A stretch of 64,000 nucleotides of DNA from a virus, in the IMG/VR virus record IMGVR_UViG_3300045125_000169, positions 24,840 to 88,839 of that record; one strand, written 5' to 3'. The position numbers and the translations under genes were made by a program. How positions within the stretch are numbered: the first letter of the stretch is position 1; each line of letters begins with the position of its first letter. Shown one piece after another: positions 31,107 through 40,178 of this stretch. The notes under the pieces are model-generated. The model searched no databases. It was not told where the DNA came from and worked only from the letters and a program-made list of their open reading frames with translations.

Positions 31107-31472
31107 TCACTGCCTTTGGCGATCTATCGCCCTGATCGCCGATCCAATAATTTCTTGAACGTCGCTTTCTGTCAGACCTATTTCAGCGTTCATTTGCTTA
31201 CATATCAGTCGAATCTCAGCCGTGGACTTCCCCCATAGAAAAGTTGGTTGGGGCTTTGATTTTTTTGAGTAATAGTAGTAGTAGATATTTTTTCCACTAT
31301 ATTCTTGTGTATAAGCGTCTTTTAAACGCAACGGGAATTGAACTCCAAAATCGTCAAAAATAATGCTTGGTATATAATAGTTGATCCCATCAATCACTTC
31401 GCACTCACCAGCCCACGCATAACAGACCCGCGGACCATTTACCCCAGGGTCGAGTTCATCGAAGATCATCAT
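31107..31472 (-). CDS. hypothetical protein
   Basis: 121-aa ORF. Confidence 0.6.
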   Translation of the reverse strand: MMIFDELDPGVNGPRVCYAWAGECEVIDGINYYIPSIIFDDFGVQFPLRLKDAYTQEYSGKNIYYYYYSKKSKPQPTFLWGKSTAEIRLICKQMNAEIGLTESDVQEIIGSAIRAIDRQRQ

Positions 31473-31705
31473 ATCCAGGCGACTGAGTTCCCTGAGTCTA
31501 TCAAGATCTTTTTGTGCGCTTTTTCGCGATCCCGCAAAACTTGCAGCGCATGGAACCAGTCGCGATACTTTAGCTCGCGGGCCACGGCTTCTTGTGCTTC
31601 GGAGAGCTTTGTGAACCTTGCAGGCTCTTTTCTAAATTTTTGTTTTGCCAGGGATTTGAGTTGCGACACTGAGGATACGGGGAACGTAGACATAAAAGCC
31701 GACAC
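31469..31705 (-). CDS. Glyoxalase_8-like small helical protein
   Basis: LKSLAK...KLSEAQEAVARELKYRDW. Confidence 0.6.
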   Translation of the reverse strand: MSAFMSTFPVSSVSQLKSLAKQKFRKEPARFTKLSEAQEAVARELKYRDWFHALQVLRDREKAHKKILIDSGNSVAWI

Positions 31706-31839
31706 CTTTCATACCATTTGGCTGGCGTCCACTATGCAGCTAAGGTCTTGAAAAGTTTAGACCTTTAATCTTCTTTGCGGCTGCTTGTAGGCTTTCCTTG
31801 CGTGGACCGGACGGGTGCCGTACCCGATTGGCGCGGATT

Positions 31840-32427
31840 TTAGACACATTGGATAAGCCTGTCAATATTTTTCAGACTGGTAGGTCGGATGCAAATTCTC
31901 TTAGCATCTCGTACAAGAGAAATTCCTCGTCCCAGTCCTGGTCGTGCGCCCGCCACACGCTTAAACTCATCATCGCTGACTTTTTTTGCTGCATTCAGAA
32001 AAAAATTTTTGGCCGTTGAGGTCACAGGCGAGCCGATCGCGTCACGACAGGCTTCGCGAAAAGCCTTCTTGCGGTCAAAGGTCGCTTTTGTTTTTGTGAT
32101 TTTTGGGTCGAGCATCTTCCGTAGGGGGCGGAGTAGCCGTTCAATCTCGGCATCCCAAGAGTGGTCGTAATTGATGAGCCGACCATACCGTTCAAAGGCA
32201 TATTCACCGAGCATACCGTGGAGACGGCTTGCGACGTTCGCCACCCAGGTATCCCTGGAAACGGCCATGCCTGTAATTTTTTTTAAATACGACAATCTAT
32301 TTCCCCAAAACTCCAGTTCATACCGATCCTCAGAGGACTCTTGCAATACCTCATCCGTGATCGGATTTTTTCTATGCACCCAAGCAGAATATAACTTTTT
32401 TGTATTTATTTTTTGCAGGATTTTCAT
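31840..32427 (-). CDS. DUF29-like helical protein, paralogue 2, with N-terminal extension
   Basis: KKITG-MAVSRDTW...GMLGEY...SWDAEIERLL; likely start MKILQKI at 32427. Confidence 0.55.
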   Translation of the reverse strand: MKILQKINTKKLYSAWVHRKNPITDEVLQESSEDRYELEFWGNRLSYLKKITGMAVSRDTWVANVASRLHGMLGEYAFERYGRLINYDHSWDAEIERLLRPLRKMLDPKITKTKATFDRKKAFREACRDAIGSPVTSTAKNFFLNAAKKVSDDEFKRVAGARPGLGRGISLVRDAKRICIRPTSLKNIDRLIQCV

Positions 32428-32589
32428 AGCCTCTAATAGGCCATAAAAACAATATTCTAAGTCATCATTATCTTTATTCAATTTTTTGAAGTTTTTTTAA
32501 CTTTTTCGTATGTATTTGAGCCTTTTTTTGGACAAGTTCAATTACACGCTGCACCTTTTTTGTGTTTTGTCGCTCGAAGCCACGCCTTA

Positions 32590-32913
32590 TCAAAGTGTTC
32601 TTCGATCGTAAAACGCTGGCCTGCCGAGTGTGATTTCATGTAGTCCAACAAAAGCCGTCACATGGGAATTAAAAACATCGCAAAAATGCGATAAAAGAAT
32701 GTCTGATTGCTCTACTTGTTTAAGTCTCTGTGCTTGTTTAAGTCTCTGTGATGATTTTTTTGACGTTAATAATTTTAGATTATCTTTGTATGTAATTTCA
32801 GGGCGCGACAATTTTTGATGCAACGTACTAAAGAAGCTAACTAGCAGGGCATGACAGACGGAATCTAGTGTCTTTTTCCTCATAGAGATGGACCTCTTAA
32901 TCCAAGGTATCAA
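32590..32913 (-). CDS. hypothetical basic protein
   Basis: ORF containing an 18-bp tandem duplication (32715-32750). Confidence 0.45.
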   Translation of the reverse strand: MIPWIKRSISMRKKTLDSVCHALLVSFFSTLHQKLSRPEITYKDNLKLLTSKKSSQRLKQAQRLKQVEQSDILLSHFCDVFNSHVTAFVGLHEITLGRPAFYDRRTL

Positions 32914-33268
32914 TATCGACCCACTTACATTCGTTTTCCGAAAGACCTTTGATGATCTTTCGCTTCGGGTCGTAGGATAAAAGTGTTTTTTGCTCCCAGG
33001 GACCGATCACCTTGACGAGAGTTTTCATTTCCTGAAAAACAATCCGGTCGAGAACCCCCAGGTTCCTTGCTCCGTCACACGCCATGTGTTGTGGCTAAGT
33101 CTCTCGATCCTTATCGGGTCTTTGCGGTTAAGATCATGCCGCCATTTTCGCCATTTTTTCAAAAATGCTTTTTTTCTTGTGCTTTGGGTTTTGCCGTTTG
33201 ACGTTGTTTTTTCACGACCTTCTCCTCTTAAAAAGGGTGGCCTAGTAAGAGCTATGTGCCGCCTTTCG

Positions 33269-33574
33269 TCAAGGCTCTTTGTCTGCAAACTCGGCGACGG
33301 CCCTGCGACCGTCCTCATAGCTCAGTAGCCGACCATCCTCGCTCACAAGGTTGCTGCCAAGGCAAAAATCCCCAGCATAAGCTCGCCATAGCTTATACTC
33401 AGGCTCTATGAAGTTAGACAGGAACACCATGGGCAGCATAAAAAACATGGGGTGGTACTGGCCTGCATACTCCCCATAAGCCTGCTTATCGAAGCGCAGT
33501 TCTTTGATAAGCTGCCCGTCTTCCATCACGTCAGCCACGGTCCAGGTGATTTCTCCATCTTGCTTTCGGATCAT
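33269..33574 (-). CDS. hypothetical protein
   Basis: 101-aa ORF with a GGGGG RBS. Confidence 0.6.
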   Translation of the reverse strand: MIRKQDGEITWTVADVMEDGQLIKELRFDKQAYGEYAGQYHPMFFMLPMVFLSNFIEPEYKLWRAYAGDFCLGSNLVSEDGRLLSYEDGRRAVAEFADKEP

Positions 33575-33675
33575 GTTTAACCCCCTTTTTTAGTTCTGAC
33601 TCTCTTATCGGAAGGTTTTAAAAAGACTTTAGGGGTAAGATTTAAGAAAATCTGAAAAAAATAGGATGGTGAACC

Positions 33676-34334
33676 ATGTACTCTTCTTGGCTTTCAAAGG
33701 TTTATCAGCAATATCAAGCTGTTGCAGGAAAAGAATATAAAAACCCTCTGCTTGCCTGGGAGTTTGACCCCGATATCTACCACAAAGCCTTTGGTCCGGC
33801 TCTCCAAGCCCTCAAAGATGCAGACATTCCCTACGACCTTTTGCAGCACAGGCCAGACAACAGTTCTTTTCGGATGCAAGAACAGGGCTTTAACCTAAGT
33901 CCGAAAGCAAAAGGAAACGACTGGAGTCATGTCACTCTCGGCAGTTTTAGCCACCTTAAAGAGGAAGAATGGCCTTCAGTGTCTATAATTTAGCCAAGAC
34001 CATGGTCCCGACCTATACCGTATTAAGAGCAAAAATTCTCGACGCGCCCGCATCGGGTCTCAGCTATCTCGTTTTGAGCCTCGATCAACCGAAGCAGGAA
34101 AAGAATTTAAAAGAATTTCTTGCCTCTCGTTATCCAGATTTTTCGTCTTACGAGATGCGCGTCCACGCACCCATGCAACCGCATGTGTCGCTCTTAGGTT
34201 TTGCCAAAAAAGACGAAACTCGCGTGAAAGTCTTGCTCCCAAAAATCCAGGAAGCGGTCATCGGTGCAAAAATGCGTCCGAGCTATCTTCAGCTTTGGGA
34301 AAACTTTGTCGTTGCGAAACACTCTAAACTTTGA
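33676..34334 (+). CDS. 2H phosphoesterase (Acb1/LigT-like), one indel
   Basis: Two HxT/S motifs, WSHVTLG (33676..33993) and QPHVSLL (33969..34334), about 80 aa apart. Confidence 0.75.
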
Positions 34335-34838
34335 GGTCTCTCGTGAAAATCTTCGGCGCTTTGTTAGCTTTTCTTCTGAGTGTTGTCGCCCTTGAACAAT
34401 TTGCTTCGGCCTACATCTTCCCACCGACTGTTTCCCAACTGGACGTGCCGCGTTATATGGGCAAGTGGTATGAAGTGGAGTCCACCAAACCGTTCTTTCA
34501 AAACGGATGTGTCTGCAACACGGCTGAGTACAAGTTGTTAGAAGACGGTACTGTATCCGTGAAAAATTCTTGCCACTTAGAAACTCCGACTGGACCTCTG
34601 CGCGTGGTTGAGGCTATCGCTCGACCGACCTCGGAACCTGGAAAACTTTGCGTGGACTTCGGTGGTGTTCGCCTGCCTATCGCCAACTACTGGGTCATCG
34701 ACCTCGCACCAGACTACAGTTATGCGGTCGTCTCTACTCTCCTAAGAAATCCTGTGTGGATTCTTTCGAGACAAACTGGTAGGATACGGGTTCAACACGT
34801 CGAAACTTTCTGAAACGATCCAAGTCTGTACCAAATAG
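34331..34838 (+). CDS. blc: lipocalin (Blc-like), exported
   Basis: LDVPRYMGKWYEV, YWVIDLAPDYSYAVV, WILSR; the alternate frame gives GYGFNTSKLSETIQ. Confidence 0.88.
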
Positions 34839-34850
34839 GATAAGCAAAAA

Positions 34851-35259
34851 ATGGCTCTCAAAACACTCAAAGGCGTAGATGCAATCAGCGGATTTACCCT
34901 TATCGAAATGGACACCCCTACGCGAAAAGTATCCTGAAAAATTTAATGCAAGTGGAGCGATGGATTGGCAATGGTTTGAGCAAGACATTCGCCCGAACCA
35001 TTTTGTCTATGTGCGGCACGATAAAAACTCCCTTTCTTTCACACTTCAAAACGGTCCTATCCAAGAAAACGGTGTGAACGGGTGTCAGGTAGACACGCTG
35101 ATCGAAGCCGCTAAATTGATTATCGAAGGACTGAACAAAGAGTTTCCCTGCCGCGAAAATTCCATGGCCATTACCAAGCTCGATGAAGCCCTTTTGTGGC
35201 TTGGAAAGCGCAAAGCAGACCGCGAGAAGAGGGGTGTTGAGGGATTGAATGAAGTCTGA
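34851..35259 (+). CDS. Tad1-like immune-signal sponge protein
   Basis: FTLQNGPIQENGVNG...CRENSMAITKLDEALLWLGKRKADREKRGVEG follows the Tad1 pattern FQxG...RENAxAxTxxEEALxW..R..DR..R.V.G; start MALKTLKG at 34851 via an indel. Confidence 0.75.
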
Positions 35260-35731
35260 AATGCCGTGCCGATTAGGGGAACCAGTATATGACTTACCTT
35301 TCAAATCTAAGAAGAAAGTACATCGTAGCTGCGCCTGCGAAGCAGGAATTTATTATCAAAAAAAGCCTCTTTATAGAGGTATTAATCTCAGACCAACCAT
35401 CTACGATGATTCACCCATCACGTTTGATCCTAAACGACTTGATAAGGTACGAGGTTTTTATGGCTATGGGGTATATTTCTCCCTAACACCACGAGATGCT
35501 ACAATTTGGGGGCAGCATATAGCTGAATACACCCCAGTAAGAAATCTAAAGTTGTGGAAAGAACCTAAGACTCACAAAGGATTGTCTATAAAACGTAAAG
35601 ACTATCTTGAAAAATTACCAGTCGAGTACGATGGAATATTTTTCGGTAGTGGTGCAGAGGGTGCAGATCAAATTTTATTGCGCGATCCGTCACTGGTAAA
35701 GTTGACTAAGAGAAAGGTGAAATATATTTAA
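35249..35731 (+). CDS. ADP-ribosyltransferase-fold protein (ART-PolyVal-like)
   Basis: LYRG, GYGVYFS...A..W, EYDGI, QILLRDPSLVK. Confidence 0.65.
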   Translation: MKSEMPCRLGEPVYDLPFKSKKKVHRSCACEAGIYYQKKPLYRGINLRPTIYDDSPITFDPKRLDKVRGFYGYGVYFSLTPRDATIWGQHIAEYTPVRNLKLWKEPKTHKGLSIKRKDYLEKLPVEYDGIFFGSGAEGADQILLRDPSLVKLTKRKVKYI

Positions 35732-35732
35732 A

Positions 35733-36251
35733 ATGCTACAGACATTTCTCAATCGTATAAAACAAAAACTTGATTTGCATAGCTTAAAAAATACTGATGA
35801 ACTAAGACAAAATGCTAAAAAAGTATCCGGTGATTCAGCTAGATATAATGAAATCGAATGTTTATCCAAATTAAGAAATGTTTCTGACGCTGACGAAGAG
35901 ATGGCATTGTCAATTTTATCGAGGCTTCTAGGACAACCCGAGGACGCTATTCAAGGGCGATTCTCAAAGGCTCTCAAACTAAGTAAAAAAATTACTCTTC
36001 CCGTAGGTGAAATTCAAAAGTTAGAATTTCTACACCAAGGAACTCTTGACGACGAGTACGGAGATGAGTGGAAGAATTGGGGACAATTAGACCTACCAAT
36101 AGTGGCCGAAATTGTAGACCGCCGAGTAGTTCTTGAGGGTAACCATAGGCTTAACCAAGCAATAAAGGATAAGCGTCCTATCAAAGTCAACCTAGTGACC
36201 ATTGACTGGGTTAAAAATTTACGGGGCGTACATAAAACACTTCGAGGATAA
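35733..36251 (+). CDS. ParB/sulfiredoxin-like domain protein
   Basis: LPIVAE....VLEGNHRL motif. Confidence 0.65.
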   Translation: MLQTFLNRIKQKLDLHSLKNTDELRQNAKKVSGDSARYNEIECLSKLRNVSDADEEMALSILSRLLGQPEDAIQGRFSKALKLSKKITLPVGEIQKLEFLHQGTLDDEYGDEWKNWGQLDLPIVAEIVDRRVVLEGNHRLNQAIKDKRPIKVNLVTIDWVKNLRGVHKTLRG

Positions 36252-36271
36252 CACGAATAAACAAGACCCTG

Positions 36272-37163
36272 ATGGAAAATTGCTTTGGGCACAGAAGAAT
36301 CGGAATTTTGGAAACTAAGGATGAATTGAACCACACGATGCAACAATACCACGACCTCTGTAAAAAAATTCTCGCTGAAGGCATCGAAAAATCCGACCGC
36401 ACGGGGACAGGCACCAAGTCGATTTTCGGGCATCAAATGCGGTTTGACCTAAGCCAAGGCTTCCCGCTGGTCACTACAAAACGAGTGCCGTTCAAAGCCG
36501 TTGTCCATGAGCTTCTGTGGTTCATCTCAGGCTCAACCAACATCCAATATTTAAAAGACCATAACGTCACGATATGGGACGAATGGGCTGATGCAAACGG
36601 AGACCTCGGTCCGATCTACGGGCATCAGTGGAGGCACTGGGGGCAGAGACAACTAACCCCAACCAACTCCAAGACCCTTTAGTTTATGCAGGCGTTGACC
36701 AGCTTCGATGGGTCTTGGACGAGATCAAGAGAAACCCGACTCCCGTCGCCTGATAGTCTCCGCGTGGAATGTGGAAGCCCTGCCTGAGATGGCCTTAGCT
36801 CCCTGTCACACGCTGTTTCAGTTCTACGTCGTGAACGGCCATCTCTCGCTGCAACTCTACCAACGCAGTGCGGATGTTTTTTTAGGGGTTCCGTTCAACA
36901 TTGGAAGCTATAGCTTGTTAGTCATGATGATGGCTCAGGTGGCGGATCTTAAGGTCGGAGATTTCGTCCACACCTTTGGGGACGCTCACCTATACCTGAA
37001 CCACATGAACCAAGTGCAAGAGATGCTTTCCCGCGAGCCACGCTCTTTGCCGCAAGTCAAAATCAATGCTGAAGTATCGAGTCTCTTCGACTTCAAAATA
37101 AGCGATTTTGAGCTTGTCGGATATGACCCACACCCAACTATCAAAGCGCCTGTGTCCGTTTGA
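36272..37163 (+). CDS. thyA: thymidylate synthase (two C-run indels)
   Basis: [68 protein letters not shown]. Confidence 0.96.
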
Positions 37164-37480
37164 GTCCTAGAGTCTAAAAGATCAGTTTAAAAATGAAGTA
37201 GAATGGCGATATTATAAGAATAAGTAGCAAAGGAAGCTGAACTACACTAGCGACAAAATCCCATAGGGTCACACGCTCCTTTTTGGAACGGCCCTCTCTT
37301 TCAGCCGTGTCAGCTTTTCGCCGTCGCCTCGGTCTTGGACTCAGGAAATTCCCAAGTGCTCATCCAGTACAAAGTACAAATGCAAGCCCCTAAAAAAAAT
37401 AATATTGTCCCCATGACATTTCCCCCAAAAGCACACCCGTGGGCTTATCGGCATTTTCACACAGAAACTTGAGCCAACAG

Positions 37481-37515
37481 TTTGTGCATTTGGTGCATTT
37501 GGTGCATTTGGTGCA
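37481..37515. repeat. 9-bp tandem repeat (TTTGGTGCA)x3 plus a degenerate copy
   Basis: Directly visible in a divergent intergenic region. Confidence 0.9.
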
Positions 37516-37681
37516 TGTATGGATCATCCTTGACTAATTTGGTTGAGTTCGTTAGGTAATCGGCTGCGCTAGAGCTTGCGCTACCGTGTCGCGTGGTTAA
37601 AAGCTACATATTTTCATCAATTTTCTTCAATGAAGTTGATAAGTTGAGCGACGAAAACTTACGGCTTCGATTGGAGAAAAC

Positions 37682-38254
37682 ATGTCTATCCCTACCCCCT
37701 CTCTTCGTCAGTTCCTTGCACCATACAAAATTGCATCAAAAGCTCTTAAGCGTGAGCTAGGCATTTCACTCACCGATGCGCAGCATCGTATAGCTAAGAG
37801 TTGCGGTTACGATGATTGGCAAAGTTTCAATTACTTTTTTAAAAGTCTCGCTGATCTCGACCTGGGCCTTTCACGACAAGAATGGCTTTATTTTGCCGAG
37901 ATGCTCAACGGTTTGTGGTTGCAAGACCACTTTCCCTTCACCACCGATTTTTTGCGATTCAATGTTATTGAGTCGGACATTTGGTCGGCGTTAGGTGCTA
38001 CCCGCTTTCAAGTCTTGTCGGAATACAACAAAGAGACAGGTGAATATCACCCAAGTGATCGCATGAAAGAATTGATCGCAAAAATAACCAAATTTTCAGA
38101 TGTGGAAAGCCAATCTGTTCTTTTCACTTGCTTGATGTTTTGGGGTAAGCCGCATCCAAAGCTACAAGGTAGCGATGCGCTCAATCGCTGCGTCGAAGAG
38201 GCATTTTCCAGCCTCACGCCTCTAGCCTTTGAAGTGGAAAATAATTTGTCCTAA
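37682..38254 (+). CDS. protein with Glyoxalase_8-like N-domain
   Basis: KIASKALKRELGISLTDAQHRIAKSCGYDDW; GGAG RBS. Confidence 0.65.
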   Translation: MSIPTPSLRQFLAPYKIASKALKRELGISLTDAQHRIAKSCGYDDWQSFNYFFKSLADLDLGLSRQEWLYFAEMLNGLWLQDHFPFTTDFLRFNVIESDIWSALGATRFQVLSEYNKETGEYHPSDRMKELIAKITKFSDVESQSVLFTCLMFWGKPHPKLQGSDALNRCVEEAFSSLTPLAFEVENNLS

Positions 38255-38311
38255 ATAATTTGTCTTAGAGACTTTGGCCCTTCTAGGACAAATTTTTTTA
38301 TTTGTCTTAGG
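38241..38311. repeat. four copies of ATTTGTCYTAR (tandem pair plus inverted pair)
   Basis: ataatttgtcctaa-ataatttgtcttag, then ctaggacaaat-T-run-atttgtcttag. Confidence 0.8.
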
Positions 38312-38531
38312 GGTCTTCAAAAAAAGATGTTCCTTATTACAGTGGCTTACGGCGATCTTCTCAGCGATTTTTAAAAACCTCCGATAAAGAGAATGACTGT
38401 GATATATGAGATATCTCATAGAAAAGAAAAAGATATGCAAAACTGGAAAGTTATGGTTGCAACAAAGCTTTCTGATGGGCGCGTATGTTTGCCCTTAGCA
38501 GGACTTGGATCTATTTTGAGAAAAAGTGAAA

Positions 38532-38986
38532 ATGATGAGTTTTATTGAAAAATCCAAGTCACGGGGATGGCGTTCCATCGTGACGACTTTATCAAAAAGT
38601 TTCGAGAACGCTTCGAGGGTTGCCTTAAAGAGTACACAAAGTTGTGGCTCGTCGAGCAACTTGACCTCAAAGACTTTTGGTCTGACGAAGTGACTCGATT
38701 ATCTAAAAGGGTCTATGGTCTCCTAGAACCTAAACAGACGAAGGTAAAAGGCTCTTGGAATCGGTACACCGCAGCAGCAGAGGCTTTTTTGGAAGCCTCA
38801 GAAGAGCAAATCAAACTGCACCAAGGCATTTCCGAGTTCAAAAACTATAGTTTTTACTCCGCTAAGGATTTGAAAAAAATCCATACATATTGGGCTAAAA
38901 ATACGCCCGACTCCAAAGATTTGGCGATGGAACTTGTCGTGAGGTTTTTCCCAGATCCTTACAAAAAAATCTGCTCAAAACCTTAA
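38532..38986 (+). CDS. DUF29-like helical protein, paralogue 3
   Basis: MSFIEKIQVTG (one A restored)-MAFHRDDF...GCLKEY...FWSDEV. Confidence 0.6.
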
Positions 38987-39180
38987 AATGAACGGCGACT
39001 ACAGGCCGAAGGTGTCCCAATTAGTCAACGATATTAGATATCTTGAAAAAAACAAGCTCCTTGAGGGTGTTTCAAGAAGCTAACCATAAACCTTGCACCC
39101 GAAAATTTAATCTAGGTATCGGAGCAAACTACCCCGGCTCGGCACCGAGGTAGTGATTCTGAACAAAGAAACCAAATATC

Positions 39181-39755
39181 CTACTTTTTCCGTGTCTCTG
39201 ACGCGATCAACTGAGATCTTGGTCCTTGGTTGTCGTGGTCGATGATGGTTCGATAATGGTAGAGAACAGAACGGACGTAGGCTTGATTTACAAAAGTTCC
39301 TGGTGTGCATCGACGACGGGATGATCCTTTTTACAGATCAAAACAGAACCCGCGTTGTATGCTGCTAAAGCAGATGGAACAGTGCCGTACCGAGTATACT
39401 GATAGTTCAGATAACGAATCCCGTACTTGAGATTAGTACGCCACTCATACAAGTCGGAGTATGCTCCACTGAAACCCATCGCTTTTGCTGTTGCCAGTTT
39501 AAGCTGCATCAAACCGTAAGTACCCTTCCCATCCCTGTCTTTACCATTGTAAGCGAACCTGTTTTTACCACTTTCTATCCTAACAACTGCCAGTACCAAT
39601 TTGTGATCGAAGGCCCCTAGCTCTTTAGCCGCTTGCATTATGCTCTCTTCAGAAATAAACTCCACTTTACGATTTTTTTGTTTTGTCGCGGCTTCACTAA
39701 CAGAGGAAAAACCTAAATTGAAAATTAAAAAAAACAACGGAAAAACATTCTTCAC
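39181..39755 (-). CDS. lytic transglycosylase (SLT domain) with N-terminal signal
   Basis: VRIESG, YGLMQL, LAAYNAG; one C added restores AYVRSVL. Confidence 0.9.
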
Positions 39756-39830
39756 AGAGTCGTCTCCTTTCCTTTAAAGGGGACGCAAGGTTTTGACCCT
39801 TGGTACGTTTAAGACTCCTTTCCCTATTCC

Positions 39831-40001
39831 TCAATCACCCTGGAATAGATCGATTAGTTTCAGATAAATCCAAAGAACCAGTAAAACTAAGCCAAGATAC
39901 AAATACACACGATCAGACGAAGCATCGGTATCCTCAGAAAGCAGAAACCCCAGCACCAGGGCACTAGCAACCGCTATGTCCTTGAGTGACGAGTTCCGCA
40001 T
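39831..40001 (-). CDS. 56-aa two-TM protein (holin candidate), missing from the ORF track
   Basis: MRNSSLKDIAVASALVLGFLLSEDTDASSDRVYLYLGLVLLVLWIYLKLIDLFQGD after a GGAGG RBS. Confidence 0.6.
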   Translation of the reverse strand: MRNSSLKDIAVASALVLGFLLSEDTDASSDRVYLYLGLVLLVLWIYLKLIDLFQGD

Positions 40002-40178
40002 ATAATGGACACCTCCCTTGGTGGGTGTGACACCCGCAGAAGAGAGAGATCCGAATAGCGGTATCAGAGATACATCAAATGCTCCAAAGTCGGATGAGTG
40101 ATCCGTCTATTTTAGACTGTTAGACAAGTGGAGCAAGCCTTTTCTTAAATCTGATCGAAGGGGTCGTATTTTGCAGAC

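Noticed and set aside
32715-32750. 18-bp tandem duplication
   Set aside because: In-frame two-copy duplication (QRLKQ twice) with no other signal; ordinary slippage.
36272-37163. Group I intron in thyA or nrdB
   Set aside because: The reconstructed lengths are ordinary and the breaks are single-base; there is no inserted sequence.
37170-37420. Riboswitch or structured RNA downstream of thyA
   Set aside because: I could not match any known riboswitch core; the region reads better as two tiny membrane-peptide ORFs on the minus strand, one dependent on a T-run length, so neither is called.
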